NCBI GenBank assembly: GCA_037310415.1
Contig: CP147780.1
Span: 1,344,001 to 1,408,000, forward strand
From: Candidatus Atabeyarchaeum deiterrae
GTDB lineage: Archaea > Asgardarchaeota > Atabeyarchaeia > Atabeyarchaeales > Atabeyarchaeaceae
Direction of reading: 5' to 3'
DNA length: 64,000 nucleotides
Below, piece by piece: positions 9,715-20,539 of the stretch; position 1 is the stretch's first letter, and each line of letters starts with the position of its first letter. Under the pieces are notes generated by a model, which worked only from the letters and a program-made list of their open reading frames with translations, did not search any database and was not told the DNA's origin. The position numbers were made by a program, and so were the translations under genes.

Positions 9715-11259
9715 TCACGCCGGCTTTCCTGACTTTTTCTTTATGCTAGGTTTCTTCAAGCTTTGCTGCCCCTCTGTGTCGATACCTACGACATTCTTCA
9801 GATACCGCTGATATTCATATAGTTTTGATAGCACTTTGGCTGCTCTCTCTGGTGTCGAGTACACGAGCAAGTTCTTATGTTCCTTGAATCTATCTGCCCC
9901 CCCTCCTTCTGCTGATGTCAAGGTCACAGCAACTATCGGCTTTTCGTACCTGCTAACAAGTTCCGATATCTCTCTTACTAAGTCTTGGTCACCCTTCTCG
10001 AATAGTTGGCCTAATGCCTCAGTACCGCGTAAGTCGGGCAAGTTCGTAGACTTCTTAATGAGTTCTACGAAACGTGATGCACCCGATATTACGCCCAGCG
10101 CAATAGTTGCTTCGGTTTCACTACTCCTCACCATCAGATCAAGGCATTTAATGTGTGCCTTTCTATCAAGTGTGCCTACAAGGTCAACTGGGTTTCCTTT
10201 ACTCCAATATGGCGGGAGTATCTTGTCAAGCTCGGATATGAGCTTCGGTGAGAGCTTGGGAACTTCTAATCCAGCTTCTGAGCATGCGTCAGCGCTGACG
10301 ACTCCGTAGCCACCACCCCAAGTGAGTATGCCGACACGTCTTCCTTTGGGAAGTGGGGACTCCTCGAATGCTTTCGCTAGATCTAGCAGTTCTTCTATGG
10401 TTGATGCCTGGATGACTCCACACTGCTTGAAAGCTGCATCGTAAATCTGCCTGGAACCTGCAAGTGCTCCGCAGTGCGACTTCGCCGCTCTGGCGCCTGC
10501 TTCAGATCGGCCAGCCTTGTAGACTACAATTGGTTTCTTCTTCGCGATCTTTTTGACCACTTCCATGAAATCCTTTCCACCATCGATCCCCTTGAGCCCT
10601 TCTATATATGCTAAGATGACTTTGGTTTCCGGGTCTTCGCCGAAGTACCTGATGTAGTCGACTGATCTCGTTGCAGCCTCGTTGCCCGAACTTACGAATC
10701 GACTAAAACCAATTCCATAAGGTTCTCCCATGTCAAGAAGCTGCGTTCCAAGGTTTCCGCTTTGGGAGACAAGAGCCACTTTGCCTTGCTTTGGACGGAC
10801 TGGTGGCATCAAGGCATAGAGGCTCATGGGTGCGCTGTAGACTCCCATGGTGTTCGGTCCTACGACAACTATTCGACCCTTTGCCGCAATTTCTGCTACT
10901 TCCCGCTCTAACTCTGCGCCACTTTCACCTGTTTCACTGAAGCCCGCCGTTATGACTATGGCTGCTTTGACTCCTTTCTCTACACAGTCTTCCATTATTG
11001 ATGGCACTGTGTTCGATGGGGTTGTTATTATTCCCAAGTCGATGTCTTCAGGGATTACGTTAATGCTTGAGAAGACTTCCTTGTTAAGTATGGTCTTCTC
11101 CTTCGGGTTCACTAGAAAGAGCTTTCCTCGGTATTGACCTGTCAATATGTTTGTCGGGACGATGAAACCCCACTTGAAAGGATTACTACTAGCACCTATG
11201 AGTGCTATACTCCTCGGATTGAACAGCATGTCCAAGTTTCCAAACGGCGATCCCGTCAT
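9715..11259 (-). CDS. acdA: Acetate/acyl-CoA ligase (ADP-forming), alpha subunit
   Basis: CoA-binding PRSIALIGAS, ITAGFSE, VGPNTMG, SQSG, SSGNEA, phospho-His SHCGALAG, NPVDL, YSTPERA. Confidence 0.92.
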   Translation of the reverse strand: MTGSPFGNLDMLFNPRSIALIGASSNPFKWGFIVPTNILTGQYRGKLFLVNPKEKTILNKEVFSSINVIPEDIDLGIITTPSNTVPSIMEDCVEKGVKAAIVITAGFSETGESGAELEREVAEIAAKGRIVVVGPNTMGVYSAPMSLYALMPPVRPKQGKVALVSQSGNLGTQLLDMGEPYGIGFSRFVSSGNEAATRSVDYIRYFGEDPETKVILAYIEGLKGIDGGKDFMEVVKKIAKKKPIVVYKAGRSEAGARAAKSHCGALAGSRQIYDAAFKQCGVIQASTIEELLDLAKAFEESPLPKGRRVGILTWGGGYGVVSADACSEAGLEVPKLSPKLISELDKILPPYWSKGNPVDLVGTLDRKAHIKCLDLMVRSSETEATIALGVISGASRFVELIKKSTNLPDLRGTEALGQLFEKGDQDLVREISELVSRYEKPIVAVTLTSAEGGGADRFKEHKNLLVYSTPERAAKVLSKLYEYQRYLKNVVGIDTEGQQSLKKPSIKKKSGKPA

Positions 11260-11604
11260 GAAACTCGCTCCATCAAGATGTTTTTTCTAAATAACTCTGC
11301 CTTCCAGTCATAACGACATTAGATCTCGTTAATGAAGGTAGTGACCTGTGCCAAGAGCGCAGTCAGTCTTCTTGAAAACTGATATTTCTTTATTAAAGTC
11401 TAATAAAGGTTGGCAAACTCCAAGAAAGTGGGGGAGCGTAAGGAAATGACCTCATGGGTCAAGTTGTTCCAGTTTCTCCAATTGCTGTATTACCAAAACC
11501 ATTAAATAAATCAAGCAATATGCAATTGAGTGATACTGTTCGATCAGATTCTCAATAGAGGGCAGGGTTTCAAGGGGATTTGAACTTAGAGAGGTAACCC
11601 AAGG

Positions 11605-12561
11605 TTGCAGGAATTTGTGCTCTCTGATGTTGCCGATGAGATCGGGAGATGCGCTTCTCTTTCGATTCTACTTGAGGTTAGTGGATACCCTAAGCCTGGC
11701 AACATTCACCGAAACAGGGATTTCCCCAAGACAAGATATGAACACTTCCTCTGCGGAGCAATAGCTATAGCGCCTGCGATGATCACTTTGACGTTAAACG
11801 GCGTTCTTCTCGGTTTAAATAGGTTGAAATTGGAAGAGATAGACCTAGGCAAACATATTTTCACTGCTATCTCCGACACACAGAGATGGCAACACGGCGG
11901 TAATACTAACTTGGGTACGGTCTTCTTGCTTGGTCCGTTGTGCGTCGCTGCTGGTGCAGCATCCTCCTCTGGCATGATGACTACTGGAGGAATCAGAAAA
12001 GAAGTTGAGCGCGTGATGCGTGGAACCACAGCTCGTGACGCTGTTAACGTTTATGAGGCCATAAAGGTCGCAAGGCCGGGTGGATTGCGCCCGATACCAG
12101 AGTTTGACGTTAACAACGAGGCATCTGAAGAAGATATTCTGAAGAGAAACATTACTCTTTATAGGATCTTTGAATTGAGTTCGTCATGGGACAACATAAG
12201 CAAGGAACTTGTGACTGGGATGAGAGTAACATTCGAAATCGGCCATCCGACTTTCATGAAGACGTTTGAAGAAACACAGGATGTGAATGCTGCAACCGTC
12301 AACACTTACTTAACCATACTTGCAAAGGAGCTGGACACGCTTGTGATCAGGAAGAACGGGGAGACAGCCGCTCATGACATCTCGAAACGCGCCTCTGAAA
12401 TAATAGAAGCTGGAGGTCTCAAGAGTGCAAGAGGCAGGAGAATGGTCCAGAGCTTCGATGATGACCTCTCAAAGAAGAGTGGCAAATTGAATCCGGGGAC
12501 AACAGCGGATCTTACATGCTCTTCAATAATGGTGGCACTACTTGAAGGGTGGAGACCCTAG
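11605..12561 (+). CDS. citG: CitG-family triphosphoribosyl-dephospho-CoA synthase-like protein
   Basis: LEVSGYPKPGNIH, GGNTNLG, DTLVIRKNG, LNPGTTADL. Confidence 0.88.
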   Translation: MQEFVLSDVADEIGRCASLSILLEVSGYPKPGNIHRNRDFPKTRYEHFLCGAIAIAPAMITLTLNGVLLGLNRLKLEEIDLGKHIFTAISDTQRWQHGGNTNLGTVFLLGPLCVAAGAASSSGMMTTGGIRKEVERVMRGTTARDAVNVYEAIKVARPGGLRPIPEFDVNNEASEEDILKRNITLYRIFELSSSWDNISKELVTGMRVTFEIGHPTFMKTFEETQDVNAATVNTYLTILAKELDTLVIRKNGETAAHDISKRASEIIEAGGLKSARGRRMVQSFDDDLSKKSGKLNPGTTADLTCSSIMVALLEGWRP

Positions 12562-12595
12562 CTCGATGAAATCGGCGACGCTCTCATTTTTCAAC

Positions 12596-14572
12596 CTAGT
12601 CTGTGACGGGAGACTGCTCAGTTCTAAGCATAGTGTGACGAGAGTCGCTACCAGCGCCGAAATGCGATACTGGGCAGACTTTCGTGCATAGTCCACAGTG
12701 AGAACACTTCGCTTCATTAATTACAGGGCCACTATTGAGCGTCACTGCTCCTGTTGGGCAGATTGAGATACATGAGCCACATTGGATACATCTCTCAGTT
12801 CGGATGACTGCCATTCCAAGTTTCAGGGCGTTCTGATAGGCGTTTCTCTCGTCAGGAGAGTTTACCACAATTCTTCCATCGCTGAAAAGGTAGATGTTGG
12901 TTTCTTTGCTCCAAATTCTGACTGCTCCCTTAGTTTTCTTAATAATCCCAACACTATTGAGTATGTTAGCTGCTTTCTCAAGAGGTAGGGCGCGGTTAAA
13001 CGCTCCTTCGACGCTCACTCCTCCTCTGCCACACGGTCTCACTCCGCCTACCAACGAGAGGGTAAGTGTCTCCTGTTGATGATCGATTTGTTTGGGCGTG
13101 ACACTGATACCTTGAGCTGCAATAAAGGTCCGAATATCTCCAGGATATCTCCTCCACCTCCACAAACCGTATGTCACCCATCTCTCGTCGTATCCCACCT
13201 TTTTAGCCCATTGTTTAAGAAATGATTCCCATCGATTCCACAGGTCCGGATGTTTCTTCTCAACAATTTTGAATTCAGCCATCTCACACGCAGGACATAA
13301 CCAGCAGCCTATTCTATCCATGCCTTCGAAGTAGAGAGGATTCGGGTCAACTTTCTTCTTCATCAAGTAGAGCCAGACGTGCAGTGACGTCCAGTCGTTT
13401 ATCGGGGATGCTTCAATATTCAATGGAATCCATGGGTTGACCCAAATGTCGGATCTCCTCGCTCTGGTTAGGCTCTCGTACCGTCGTTGCCCCACGAACA
13501 TCAAGCAACCTCCTGGAAACTTGTTCCTTGTTAACTTCACCACAGGAGATAGCTTAGAAGTCTTGCAGCACCATCTGTAGTCCTTTGAAGGCGGACCAAA
13601 CACTCCGAGGCTATTCCAGAAGATATCGCCTGCGTTCTCCTCCACCAAGTCGAATCCTAGTTTTGGAACTACTTGATGAGTATGCTCAACGGTCTCAGGC
13701 ATCTCAAGACCAGTGTTTATGAAAACAGCTGGCCCTTTGATCACGTCGCTAGACAATAGAAGCATGGCCAAAGAATCCTTTCCGCCAGAGAAAGATATGG
13801 CTGATGGAAGATCACTCTTCTTGCTTGCAAGTCTTTCCATGAAGCGCTTTGCTTTCTGCTCTCTTCTTATCAACGTAGCTTCGTTGGATGATATCACATC
13901 CTGCCAGTTTTGACCCCCTTTCTTTGGAGAGGAAACTGCTTGACCCCCAGAAGACGATGATGAAGAACCTCCGATGTACGATGTAACTCTGACAGCTACA
14001 GCTTTCGATCCTACGCCAATCTCGTTCATGACCTTGCCTACGCCGAGTGCTTCATCATCCTTATCTGGAAGAATCAAAACATATTCTCCTTTTGAGACAT
14101 CCGGACCGACCTCGGCGATGTTCGATGAGTAGACGTCTCGACCTCTCAATACATACCTGCGAGCACTATTCTTGATCCTTACATACCTTTTGCCTATGGC
14201 AGAAGCCATCACTCTGGCGCCCTGAGCTCGGGGTCTGAAAACCCACTTCATCGCAAACAAGTCAAATCCAATAGACCCGACAGAACGACCGTTGACAATA
14301 ATATCGTCAAGATGATCAATGGCTGGAGCCTTATTCAGCAGGACAACCCTATTGAAAGGAACAACTTCACCCGTCCCTTTTCCAAACTGCGCCTCAACAA
14401 CCCCACGAATAAGTCTTATGTCATTCTCGAATGCGGGCCTGACATCTGCGGGAGGATAGATCCTGACCTCTATCCCTCTCTTATCGCATACGGTACAGAT
14501 ACCAGCATCCATTATTGGAACATTACACTCAGGGCACCAATGAAGTGGGGCCGTGATTGGAAACTTGGGCAA
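12596..14572 (-). CDS. PAPS-reductase-family protein with N-terminal Zn ribbon, PUA domain and C-terminal 2x[4Fe-4S]
   Basis: WCPECNVP...CTVC, PP-loop SFSGGKDS, RWCCK, GQRRYES, RIGCWLCP, two CxxCxxCxxxCP. Confidence 0.88.
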   Translation of the reverse strand: MPKFPITAPLHWCPECNVPIMDAGICTVCDKRGIEVRIYPPADVRPAFENDIRLIRGVVEAQFGKGTGEVVPFNRVVLLNKAPAIDHLDDIIVNGRSVGSIGFDLFAMKWVFRPRAQGARVMASAIGKRYVRIKNSARRYVLRGRDVYSSNIAEVGPDVSKGEYVLILPDKDDEALGVGKVMNEIGVGSKAVAVRVTSYIGGSSSSSSGGQAVSSPKKGGQNWQDVISSNEATLIRREQKAKRFMERLASKKSDLPSAISFSGGKDSLAMLLLSSDVIKGPAVFINTGLEMPETVEHTHQVVPKLGFDLVEENAGDIFWNSLGVFGPPSKDYRWCCKTSKLSPVVKLTRNKFPGGCLMFVGQRRYESLTRARRSDIWVNPWIPLNIEASPINDWTSLHVWLYLMKKKVDPNPLYFEGMDRIGCWLCPACEMAEFKIVEKKHPDLWNRWESFLKQWAKKVGYDERWVTYGLWRWRRYPGDIRTFIAAQGISVTPKQIDHQQETLTLSLVGGVRPCGRGGVSVEGAFNRALPLEKAANILNSVGIIKKTKGAVRIWSKETNIYLFSDGRIVVNSPDERNAYQNALKLGMAVIRTERCIQCGSCISICPTGAVTLNSGPVINEAKCSHCGLCTKVCPVSHFGAGSDSRHTMLRTEQSPVTD

Positions 14573-14592
14573 GCTTTGATGGGTCCTCCTCG

Positions 14593-15141
14593 CTATGTCT
14601 TCAAATATAGCTCCTCATTCATTCTCGGAATGAAAGCCATGAGAACGGCTTGCTCGGTTAATTTGCACCTGTCAAGCTCACCGTGAGAAAGAAAGCCAAT
14701 TGCACCCATCTTCTCACCGATATCTTCTATGCCTGTGAGTGACTCCATGACCTCACCGACTTCCTTTCTTTTGGTTAGAACTTCTTCGACCACTCTTGGA
14801 GGATACTCAAATCCAGAACCACAACCGACCGTTACCCGATCTTTCTGGTCAATTATCGCGGCAAATTGGATGTCAAAGTACCCTGTCAGCGTTTGAGGGA
14901 CTTTCACCAGTCCAGCCTCAATTCCAATCCCCAGTTCTGCACTGGGGACCACCTTCATTGCTTCTTTAGCCCTCTTGATTGCTCCGTTGACATTCTCTGC
15001 CAAACCAATAGGCTGTTTAGGAACGCCTGACTTGACCTCAACAGCGACAACTTCGAATTTCGTGTGGAATAGTTTTTCAACAACGTTGGTCACCGCAGAG
15101 ACTTTCACTGGATTCCGTGTTCCAACGGATAAAGTTTTCAT
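14593..15141 (-). CDS. yjjX: Inosine/xanthosine triphosphatase
   Basis: GTRNPVK, SGVPKQP, GIGIEAG, GAIGFLS. Confidence 0.9.
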   Translation of the reverse strand: MKTLSVGTRNPVKVSAVTNVVEKLFHTKFEVVAVEVKSGVPKQPIGLAENVNGAIKRAKEAMKVVPSAELGIGIEAGLVKVPQTLTGYFDIQFAAIIDQKDRVTVGCGSGFEYPPRVVEEVLTKRKEVGEVMESLTGIEDIGEKMGAIGFLSHGELDRCKLTEQAVLMAFIPRMNEELYLKT

Positions 15142-15356
15142 AAGTTCTACACACCATTAGAACACACTCGAACTGCATTATATAATGCTTCTTAATAACT
15201 TGAATGAAGAACAATGGCTCATGCAGCGGTCTTTTTGAGGAAATAGTTTATAATCTACTTGCCTCAGATTTCTATACGCAAAAGCATAACGTTTACCGGA
15301 GGGTTCTGCAGCTATTGGGTTTCAGCCAATCTCTTGATCGATATCTTGGAGACAAC

Positions 15357-16745
15357 TTGAACGATGTCTTGGAGAAGGCTCTGGATTACTCTCAAAGGTT
15401 GGGTTCCTCTTACACAGACATGAGAGCTGAGACTACTTTCTCAACCTCGGTCATGGTTGGCGACAAGACAATTGATCAAGCAACATCAAGCTTCAGTGAA
15501 GGTGTCGGAATCAGAGTTCTGGCCAATGGTGCTTGGGGTTTCTCAGCCACATCAGACACGTCACGAAATGAGATCATGAAGAGTGTCGAGGCAGCTTTTA
15601 AGATGGCGAAGGGGATAGGCGAGCACCTCAGGGAAAAAGTCAATATAGCCAGCATTCCCCCAGTTAAAGATTCAAGCAAAAGTAAGGCAGAGACACCATT
15701 CTCAGAGGTTCCCATTGAAAGGAAAATCCAGTTGGCTTTAAGACTAAGTGAAACAATCCGAGAGAACTCAGCAGTTACTAGCGCTTCTGTCAACTACAGT
15801 GACTCATACGGAAGATCGATGTTCCTAAGCAGTGATGGATCAAGAATATCAGGTGAGCCTTCGAGGGGAACGATAGTATTCATCGCCGTGGCGAAAGAGG
15901 GCGACAAGATCCGCCAGTACAGAAAGAGAATCGGTGACATTGGCGGATATGAGAAACTTGAGAAAAAAGACCCTGAATCCGCTGCCAGATTTGCCGCTGA
16001 AAGAGCTTCTGCTCTGCTGAAAGCTGAGCAAGCTCCTGGTGGTCGCTTCACGGTGGTCGCAGATCCTGAGCATATTGGAGTCTTTGCTCATGAAGCGCTC
16101 GGGCATGCTACTGAAGCTGACTTCGTCATATCTGGAGAGAGCATTCTGACCGGGAAACTCGGGGAAAAAGTTGGGATGGAAAACGTGACGATTTTGGACG
16201 ATCCAACCATTGACGGTTATGGTTCATTCAAGTATGACTCCGAAGGAACACCTGCCAAGAAAAGAACACTCGTTGACAAAGGTGTCCTGAAGGAATACAT
16301 ACTGAACAGAGAAGCCGCGGCGAAGTTGAAACTAGCACCAAATGGAGGAGCGCGCGCTCTCGGGTACCAGTTCCGCCCGATCCCGCGGATGTCAAACACG
16401 TTTATTGCTCCTGGGGACTACTCATTTGAAGAACTAGTTGAGGATATTGACAGCGGGATATATGTTAAAGGGACTAGAGGTGGCCAGGTGAATATAGCCA
16501 TTGGTTCATTTCAGTTCTCGGCACAAGAGGCCTTCTTGATAGAGAAAGGAGAGATCACGAAGCCTCTCCTCGACGTCTCCCTGAGCGGGCTAACTCTTGA
16601 GACTCTCCAGAACATAGATGCGGTTGGAAAAGACTTCTCGCTGACAGGCATAGGATTCTGCGGGAAAGGCGAACAGAACAACTTACCTACTGGAACCGGA
16701 GGGCCATCTGTTAGAATAAGAAACACCGTGGTTGGAGGAGGATAA
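15357..16745 (+). CDS. tldD: TldD metalloprotease
   Basis: GVGIRV...WGFS, HEALGHATEAD, YDSEG, PRMSNT, CGKG. Start placed at TTG 15357 after GGAG (the ORF track starts at 15204). Confidence 0.92.
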   Translation: MNDVLEKALDYSQRLGSSYTDMRAETTFSTSVMVGDKTIDQATSSFSEGVGIRVLANGAWGFSATSDTSRNEIMKSVEAAFKMAKGIGEHLREKVNIASIPPVKDSSKSKAETPFSEVPIERKIQLALRLSETIRENSAVTSASVNYSDSYGRSMFLSSDGSRISGEPSRGTIVFIAVAKEGDKIRQYRKRIGDIGGYEKLEKKDPESAARFAAERASALLKAEQAPGGRFTVVADPEHIGVFAHEALGHATEADFVISGESILTGKLGEKVGMENVTILDDPTIDGYGSFKYDSEGTPAKKRTLVDKGVLKEYILNREAAAKLKLAPNGGARALGYQFRPIPRMSNTFIAPGDYSFEELVEDIDSGIYVKGTRGGQVNIAIGSFQFSAQEAFLIEKGEITKPLLDVSLSGLTLETLQNIDAVGKDFSLTGIGFCGKGEQNNLPTGTGGPSVRIRNTVVGGG

Positions 16746-16751
16746 CTGGAA

Positions 16752-18185
16752 GTGAAGACCGGCAAGTCCAAGAAAGAGATAACTGGAGAAAGCAGTAGCA
16801 GCATGGATGCCAGCTTAGTTCCAGTAGCCTCCAAAGCTGTGACTACTGCAGAGAAAATGGGTGCTGCCCAAGTAGAGGCTTATGCACTACGCAGAGTTAT
16901 CTCAACATGCTCGATAGAGAAGCTTGAAGTTACGTTTGCCCAGCGCAAGGTCCAAGCTGGAGTAGGGATCCGCGTTGCGCTAGAAAAAAGGATCGGGTTT
17001 TCATGTACTTCAAGCTTGTCAGACGGACCAATAAAGGAAACCATTGAGAAAGCGCTGAAGGTGGCTCGAGCAAAGGAAGACGATCCAAGGTTTGACTCCT
17101 TCCCATCAAAGAGCCATTACCAAGAAGTACCTGGGATCTTCGACAGGCAAGTGAAGGAATCTCCAATTGAAGATTTGATCAGCAGAGGAAGATCCCTCGC
17201 TGAGACGATGCGGGAAAGCGACAAGAGAATAAAATCTGGTAGCGGCACATTGGCGTATATTGCATACAACAGAGGCATAGCAAACAGTTCTGGCGTAGAC
17301 CTTGAAGAGACTGATACTGTTGTTGATTGCCGAGTGTCGTCGATGGCAAAGGACGATGGCGATGTTTCAGGTGTGGACTACTTGGAATTGGGCAGAAATG
17401 CAGGAGATGTAGATGTTGAACGAGTTGGCGCCACAGTCTCCAAGTTGACCGTCGACCAGCTTGCGAGAAAACCCATTGAAACGAAGAACATGGATCTGGT
17501 GCTACATTCTTATGCAATAGGTGAACTCTTCTCTCACACTCTCCATCCAGCCTTCATGGGTGACAACCTCTCGCGCAAAAGGACTCCGTTTGCGGGAAAA
17601 CTTGGTGAAAAACTTGTCTCAGAACTTATCTCGATTGACGATAACGGTATTATCACAAACGGGTTGGCTTCGCAGTCGTTCGACGATGAAGGAAATCCGA
17701 GAAGAAACACGAATCTCATCGAGAAGGGAGTTGTCAAATCATTCGTCTATGATTCCCTGTGGGCTAACCAGGCCAAGGAACAGAGCACTGGGAACTCATG
17801 CAGAAAGGAAGGAACGGGATTGAGAACGTACGGCTCTGAACCGGTAATTGAAACGACTAACATAGTTGTCAATCGAGGCGACAGAAGTTTCGACGAGCTG
17901 GTATCCGAGGTGGACGACGGAGTACTTGCTTACATGGTACTAGGTGCTCATACATCGAATCCGGCGTCAGGCGCATTCTCAATAGCAGGTCAGACAGTCT
18001 TCAGAATTGAACATGGAGAAATAACGTACCCAGTCAAGGAAGCAATGATGGGTGGCAATCTGATTCAGCTTCTCAGCCACGTTACTGGCGTGGCCAATGA
18101 TGTGAGAACGTATGAAGATGAGCTGAGACATAGAGTTACGATTGCACCGTCGCTAAGGTTCTCAGACCTGAAGATATCAGCATAA
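16752..18185 (+). CDS. pmbA: PmbA/TldE protein
   Basis: GVGIRV, FDDEG, STGN, GAHTSNPASGAFS; no HExxxH; directly after tldD. Confidence 0.9.
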   Translation: MKTGKSKKEITGESSSSMDASLVPVASKAVTTAEKMGAAQVEAYALRRVISTCSIEKLEVTFAQRKVQAGVGIRVALEKRIGFSCTSSLSDGPIKETIEKALKVARAKEDDPRFDSFPSKSHYQEVPGIFDRQVKESPIEDLISRGRSLAETMRESDKRIKSGSGTLAYIAYNRGIANSSGVDLEETDTVVDCRVSSMAKDDGDVSGVDYLELGRNAGDVDVERVGATVSKLTVDQLARKPIETKNMDLVLHSYAIGELFSHTLHPAFMGDNLSRKRTPFAGKLGEKLVSELISIDDNGIITNGLASQSFDDEGNPRRNTNLIEKGVVKSFVYDSLWANQAKEQSTGNSCRKEGTGLRTYGSEPVIETTNIVVNRGDRSFDELVSEVDDGVLAYMVLGAHTSNPASGAFSIAGQTVFRIEHGEITYPVKEAMMGGNLIQLLSHVTGVANDVRTYEDELRHRVTIAPSLRFSDLKISA

Positions 18186-18236
18186 TGGATCTGGAAGAAA
18201 CCCATCTATCTCCTTTTCTTCTTGGCTCATCACGAG

Positions 18237-19493
18237 TCATCTGGTTATCATCACAGTGACTCTCTTATAGATCTCTCCCACGGATTCCATGGCTCTTTTG
18301 CTGGCTTCATTCTTGGATCTGCCAGTTCTATGAACTGTGCAGATAGGATCACCTCGCTCCAGAATTGCCCCTTCAGGAGATATGTCCCCTACTCCAACGA
18401 CTCCGCCTAGGTCACCTAGAACACATCTCTCCTTGGCGAAAGGTATCATCTTGGTAGCATATCTGATGGCACTAGGAATGGTACTACTCATTCCATCTCT
18501 GAAGACTTTTACATGTTCACTAACGAGATTCATTCCCGTTGCTAACTCCACGCATTCTAGCGTCCCTTGGAAACGAGGGTTGCATTCAATCAAAACAGGT
18601 TTGTTGTCCACTGCCCGCAGGACAAAATCGAAGCCATTAGATCCAACCAACTTGAGCTCCTCTCCAAGACTTTGAGCTGCGCAGGCAATCGCCTTCGCCT
18701 TCATGCCTTTGTTCGACAGATCAAGGGGAACAACATTGCCGCACCAAACAAAAGGTGCTCTTGCCCCGAGTTCCTTCAGCCCTATCAACTGCTCATTCAC
18801 GCTGACCGCAGTACACTTGCTTCCGTCCCCCAATACTGATGCGCTCACATTCTCTCCCCTGATATATTCTTGGACAATGATTGTCCCGCCGAATTTGGGC
18901 TTCATTTCATTCGTGTACTGGTCTTCAAGCTCGGACTTGTCTTTCGCGAGTTGGATGCCGAGACCTCCGCCACCTTCCATGGGTTTCAGGACAACTGGAT
19001 ACCCAATCGTTTCAGCCGAGCGCAACAATTCCTGTAGGCTCGAAACCTGAAGAGTCACAGGAGCAGGTATTCCAAGTCTTGAGGCCGTCTTATAAAGGCG
19101 GAAGCGGTCTCTGACCTTTCTCACAGTCTCGACGGGGTTCCCGAACACTGGTCCAATCCTTGCAAGTTCTTTCCACAGATCTGGACGGTCGTCAAGCCCG
19201 CTACCAATAAGAACAAAGTCAACCTCACTGACATGCCTCTGAGAAATCCTCTTCGCCCCTTCAACTAGCAACTCACAAGTAGGTCTACTTAGTTGCTCTC
19301 TTGGTCTCTCACCAGCAGTTTGCTTCAGAACTGCTTCAATGTCATCTACTGATCTAACGAGATCAATGTCACCCCAGTAGTCAACGGCCAACACCTTGAG
19401 GCCCATCCTCTTAGCTGAAAAGACTATAGGCCTCGCGTTGAAGCCGACAACAAGAGCGGTATCTCCCTTGCTATCTGTCCTATTGACGGTCAT
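18237..19493 (-). CDS. ATP-grasp family ligase (archaeal/C1-cofactor-associated type)
   Basis: VDYWGDID, VLKPMEGGGGLGI, VQEYIRG, GSNGFDF, IECNPRFQG. Confidence 0.85.
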   Translation of the reverse strand: MTVNRTDSKGDTALVVGFNARPIVFSAKRMGLKVLAVDYWGDIDLVRSVDDIEAVLKQTAGERPREQLSRPTCELLVEGAKRISQRHVSEVDFVLIGSGLDDRPDLWKELARIGPVFGNPVETVRKVRDRFRLYKTASRLGIPAPVTLQVSSLQELLRSAETIGYPVVLKPMEGGGGLGIQLAKDKSELEDQYTNEMKPKFGGTIIVQEYIRGENVSASVLGDGSKCTAVSVNEQLIGLKELGARAPFVWCGNVVPLDLSNKGMKAKAIACAAQSLGEELKLVGSNGFDFVLRAVDNKPVLIECNPRFQGTLECVELATGMNLVSEHVKVFRDGMSSTIPSAIRYATKMIPFAKERCVLGDLGGVVGVGDISPEGAILERGDPICTVHRTGRSKNEASKRAMESVGEIYKRVTVMITR

Positions 19494-19620
19494 CTTTTTG
19501 GGTCCCTTCTCCCGACAAAGAAACAATCATCACAAACGGCTAATGCTACAACTTAATAAATAAAACTGAGGTAAGTGATTTATAAAACTTAACGAGCGCA
19601 GTCTTTTTGGAGGATGGTTC

Positions 19621-20373
19621 TTGATGAAAGTGGTCTTGATCGGCTCTGGGGGAAGTGCAATTTCTCCCGATCGCTCGCTCCCTTCGATTCTGGTAGACCG
19701 AGACGTACTTTTTGACTGCGGCGAAGGAGCAACACAATCACTTCTTAGAAGAATGGGGTCACTGAACTCGTTGAAGCAAGTCTTCATCACGCACCTTCAC
19801 TGCGACCACATTTCTGGTTTCATGACTCTGGTATGGGCAATGTGGCTGAGAGATCAGAGAAAGGAACCACTCACGGTAATCGGGCCCGAAAAAACGAACA
19901 GCACAATCATGGATCTACTCAAGACGGTCAACACTCCGCTCGAATCCGTGACTTTCCCCCTCAAGTTCGTTGAGTTGAATCCAGGAGAGAAGTACGGGAC
20001 CATGATCTCGACAACGAAATCAATCCATAATCCAACTTGCATATGTTATCGTTGTGAGAGAGATGACTCCTCACTTTGCTACACTGGTGACACTGCGCCT
20101 TCTAAAGATGTTTCGAAACTAGCCTCCGGCTGCAAGTTACTCATACATGATTCCGCCTTCCCCGAAGATATGGCTGACAAAGCGAAGAAAGCCAACCATT
20201 CAACTACCGTCGAAGCTGCAGCAATAGCAAGAGAAGCTGGGGTAAAGACTTTGGTCCTCTTTCACTGGAGTCATGTCTCCGAAGGAAAAGAGCAATCCCT
20301 CGTAACTCAGGCGAAGAGAGTGTTCAAAGGTGAAGTGCTCCTCGGAAGAGATGGATTGGAGATAGCACTTTGA
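19621..20373 (+). CDS. RNase Z-like metallo-beta-lactamase-fold hydrolase
   Basis: DCGEG, THLHCDH, YTGDT, IHDS, HST, LFH. Confidence 0.85.
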   Translation: MMKVVLIGSGGSAISPDRSLPSILVDRDVLFDCGEGATQSLLRRMGSLNSLKQVFITHLHCDHISGFMTLVWAMWLRDQRKEPLTVIGPEKTNSTIMDLLKTVNTPLESVTFPLKFVELNPGEKYGTMISTTKSIHNPTCICYRCERDDSSLCYTGDTAPSKDVSKLASGCKLLIHDSAFPEDMADKAKKANHSTTVEAAAIAREAGVKTLVLFHWSHVSEGKEQSLVTQAKRVFKGEVLLGRDGLEIAL

Positions 20374-20539
20374 CCCTCACTTCTGAGACAGCCAGATTGG
20401 ATTCCTAAGGGACAGGAAGACCATGATTGATTGGCAAAAGTTGATAAGCCAACGAGCACATTTTATTTGTGGGGATCCTGCCTTCCAAGAAAACTTCTGC
20501 TTACATCATATCCAAGCATTAGTGATGGTGACCTAAAGA

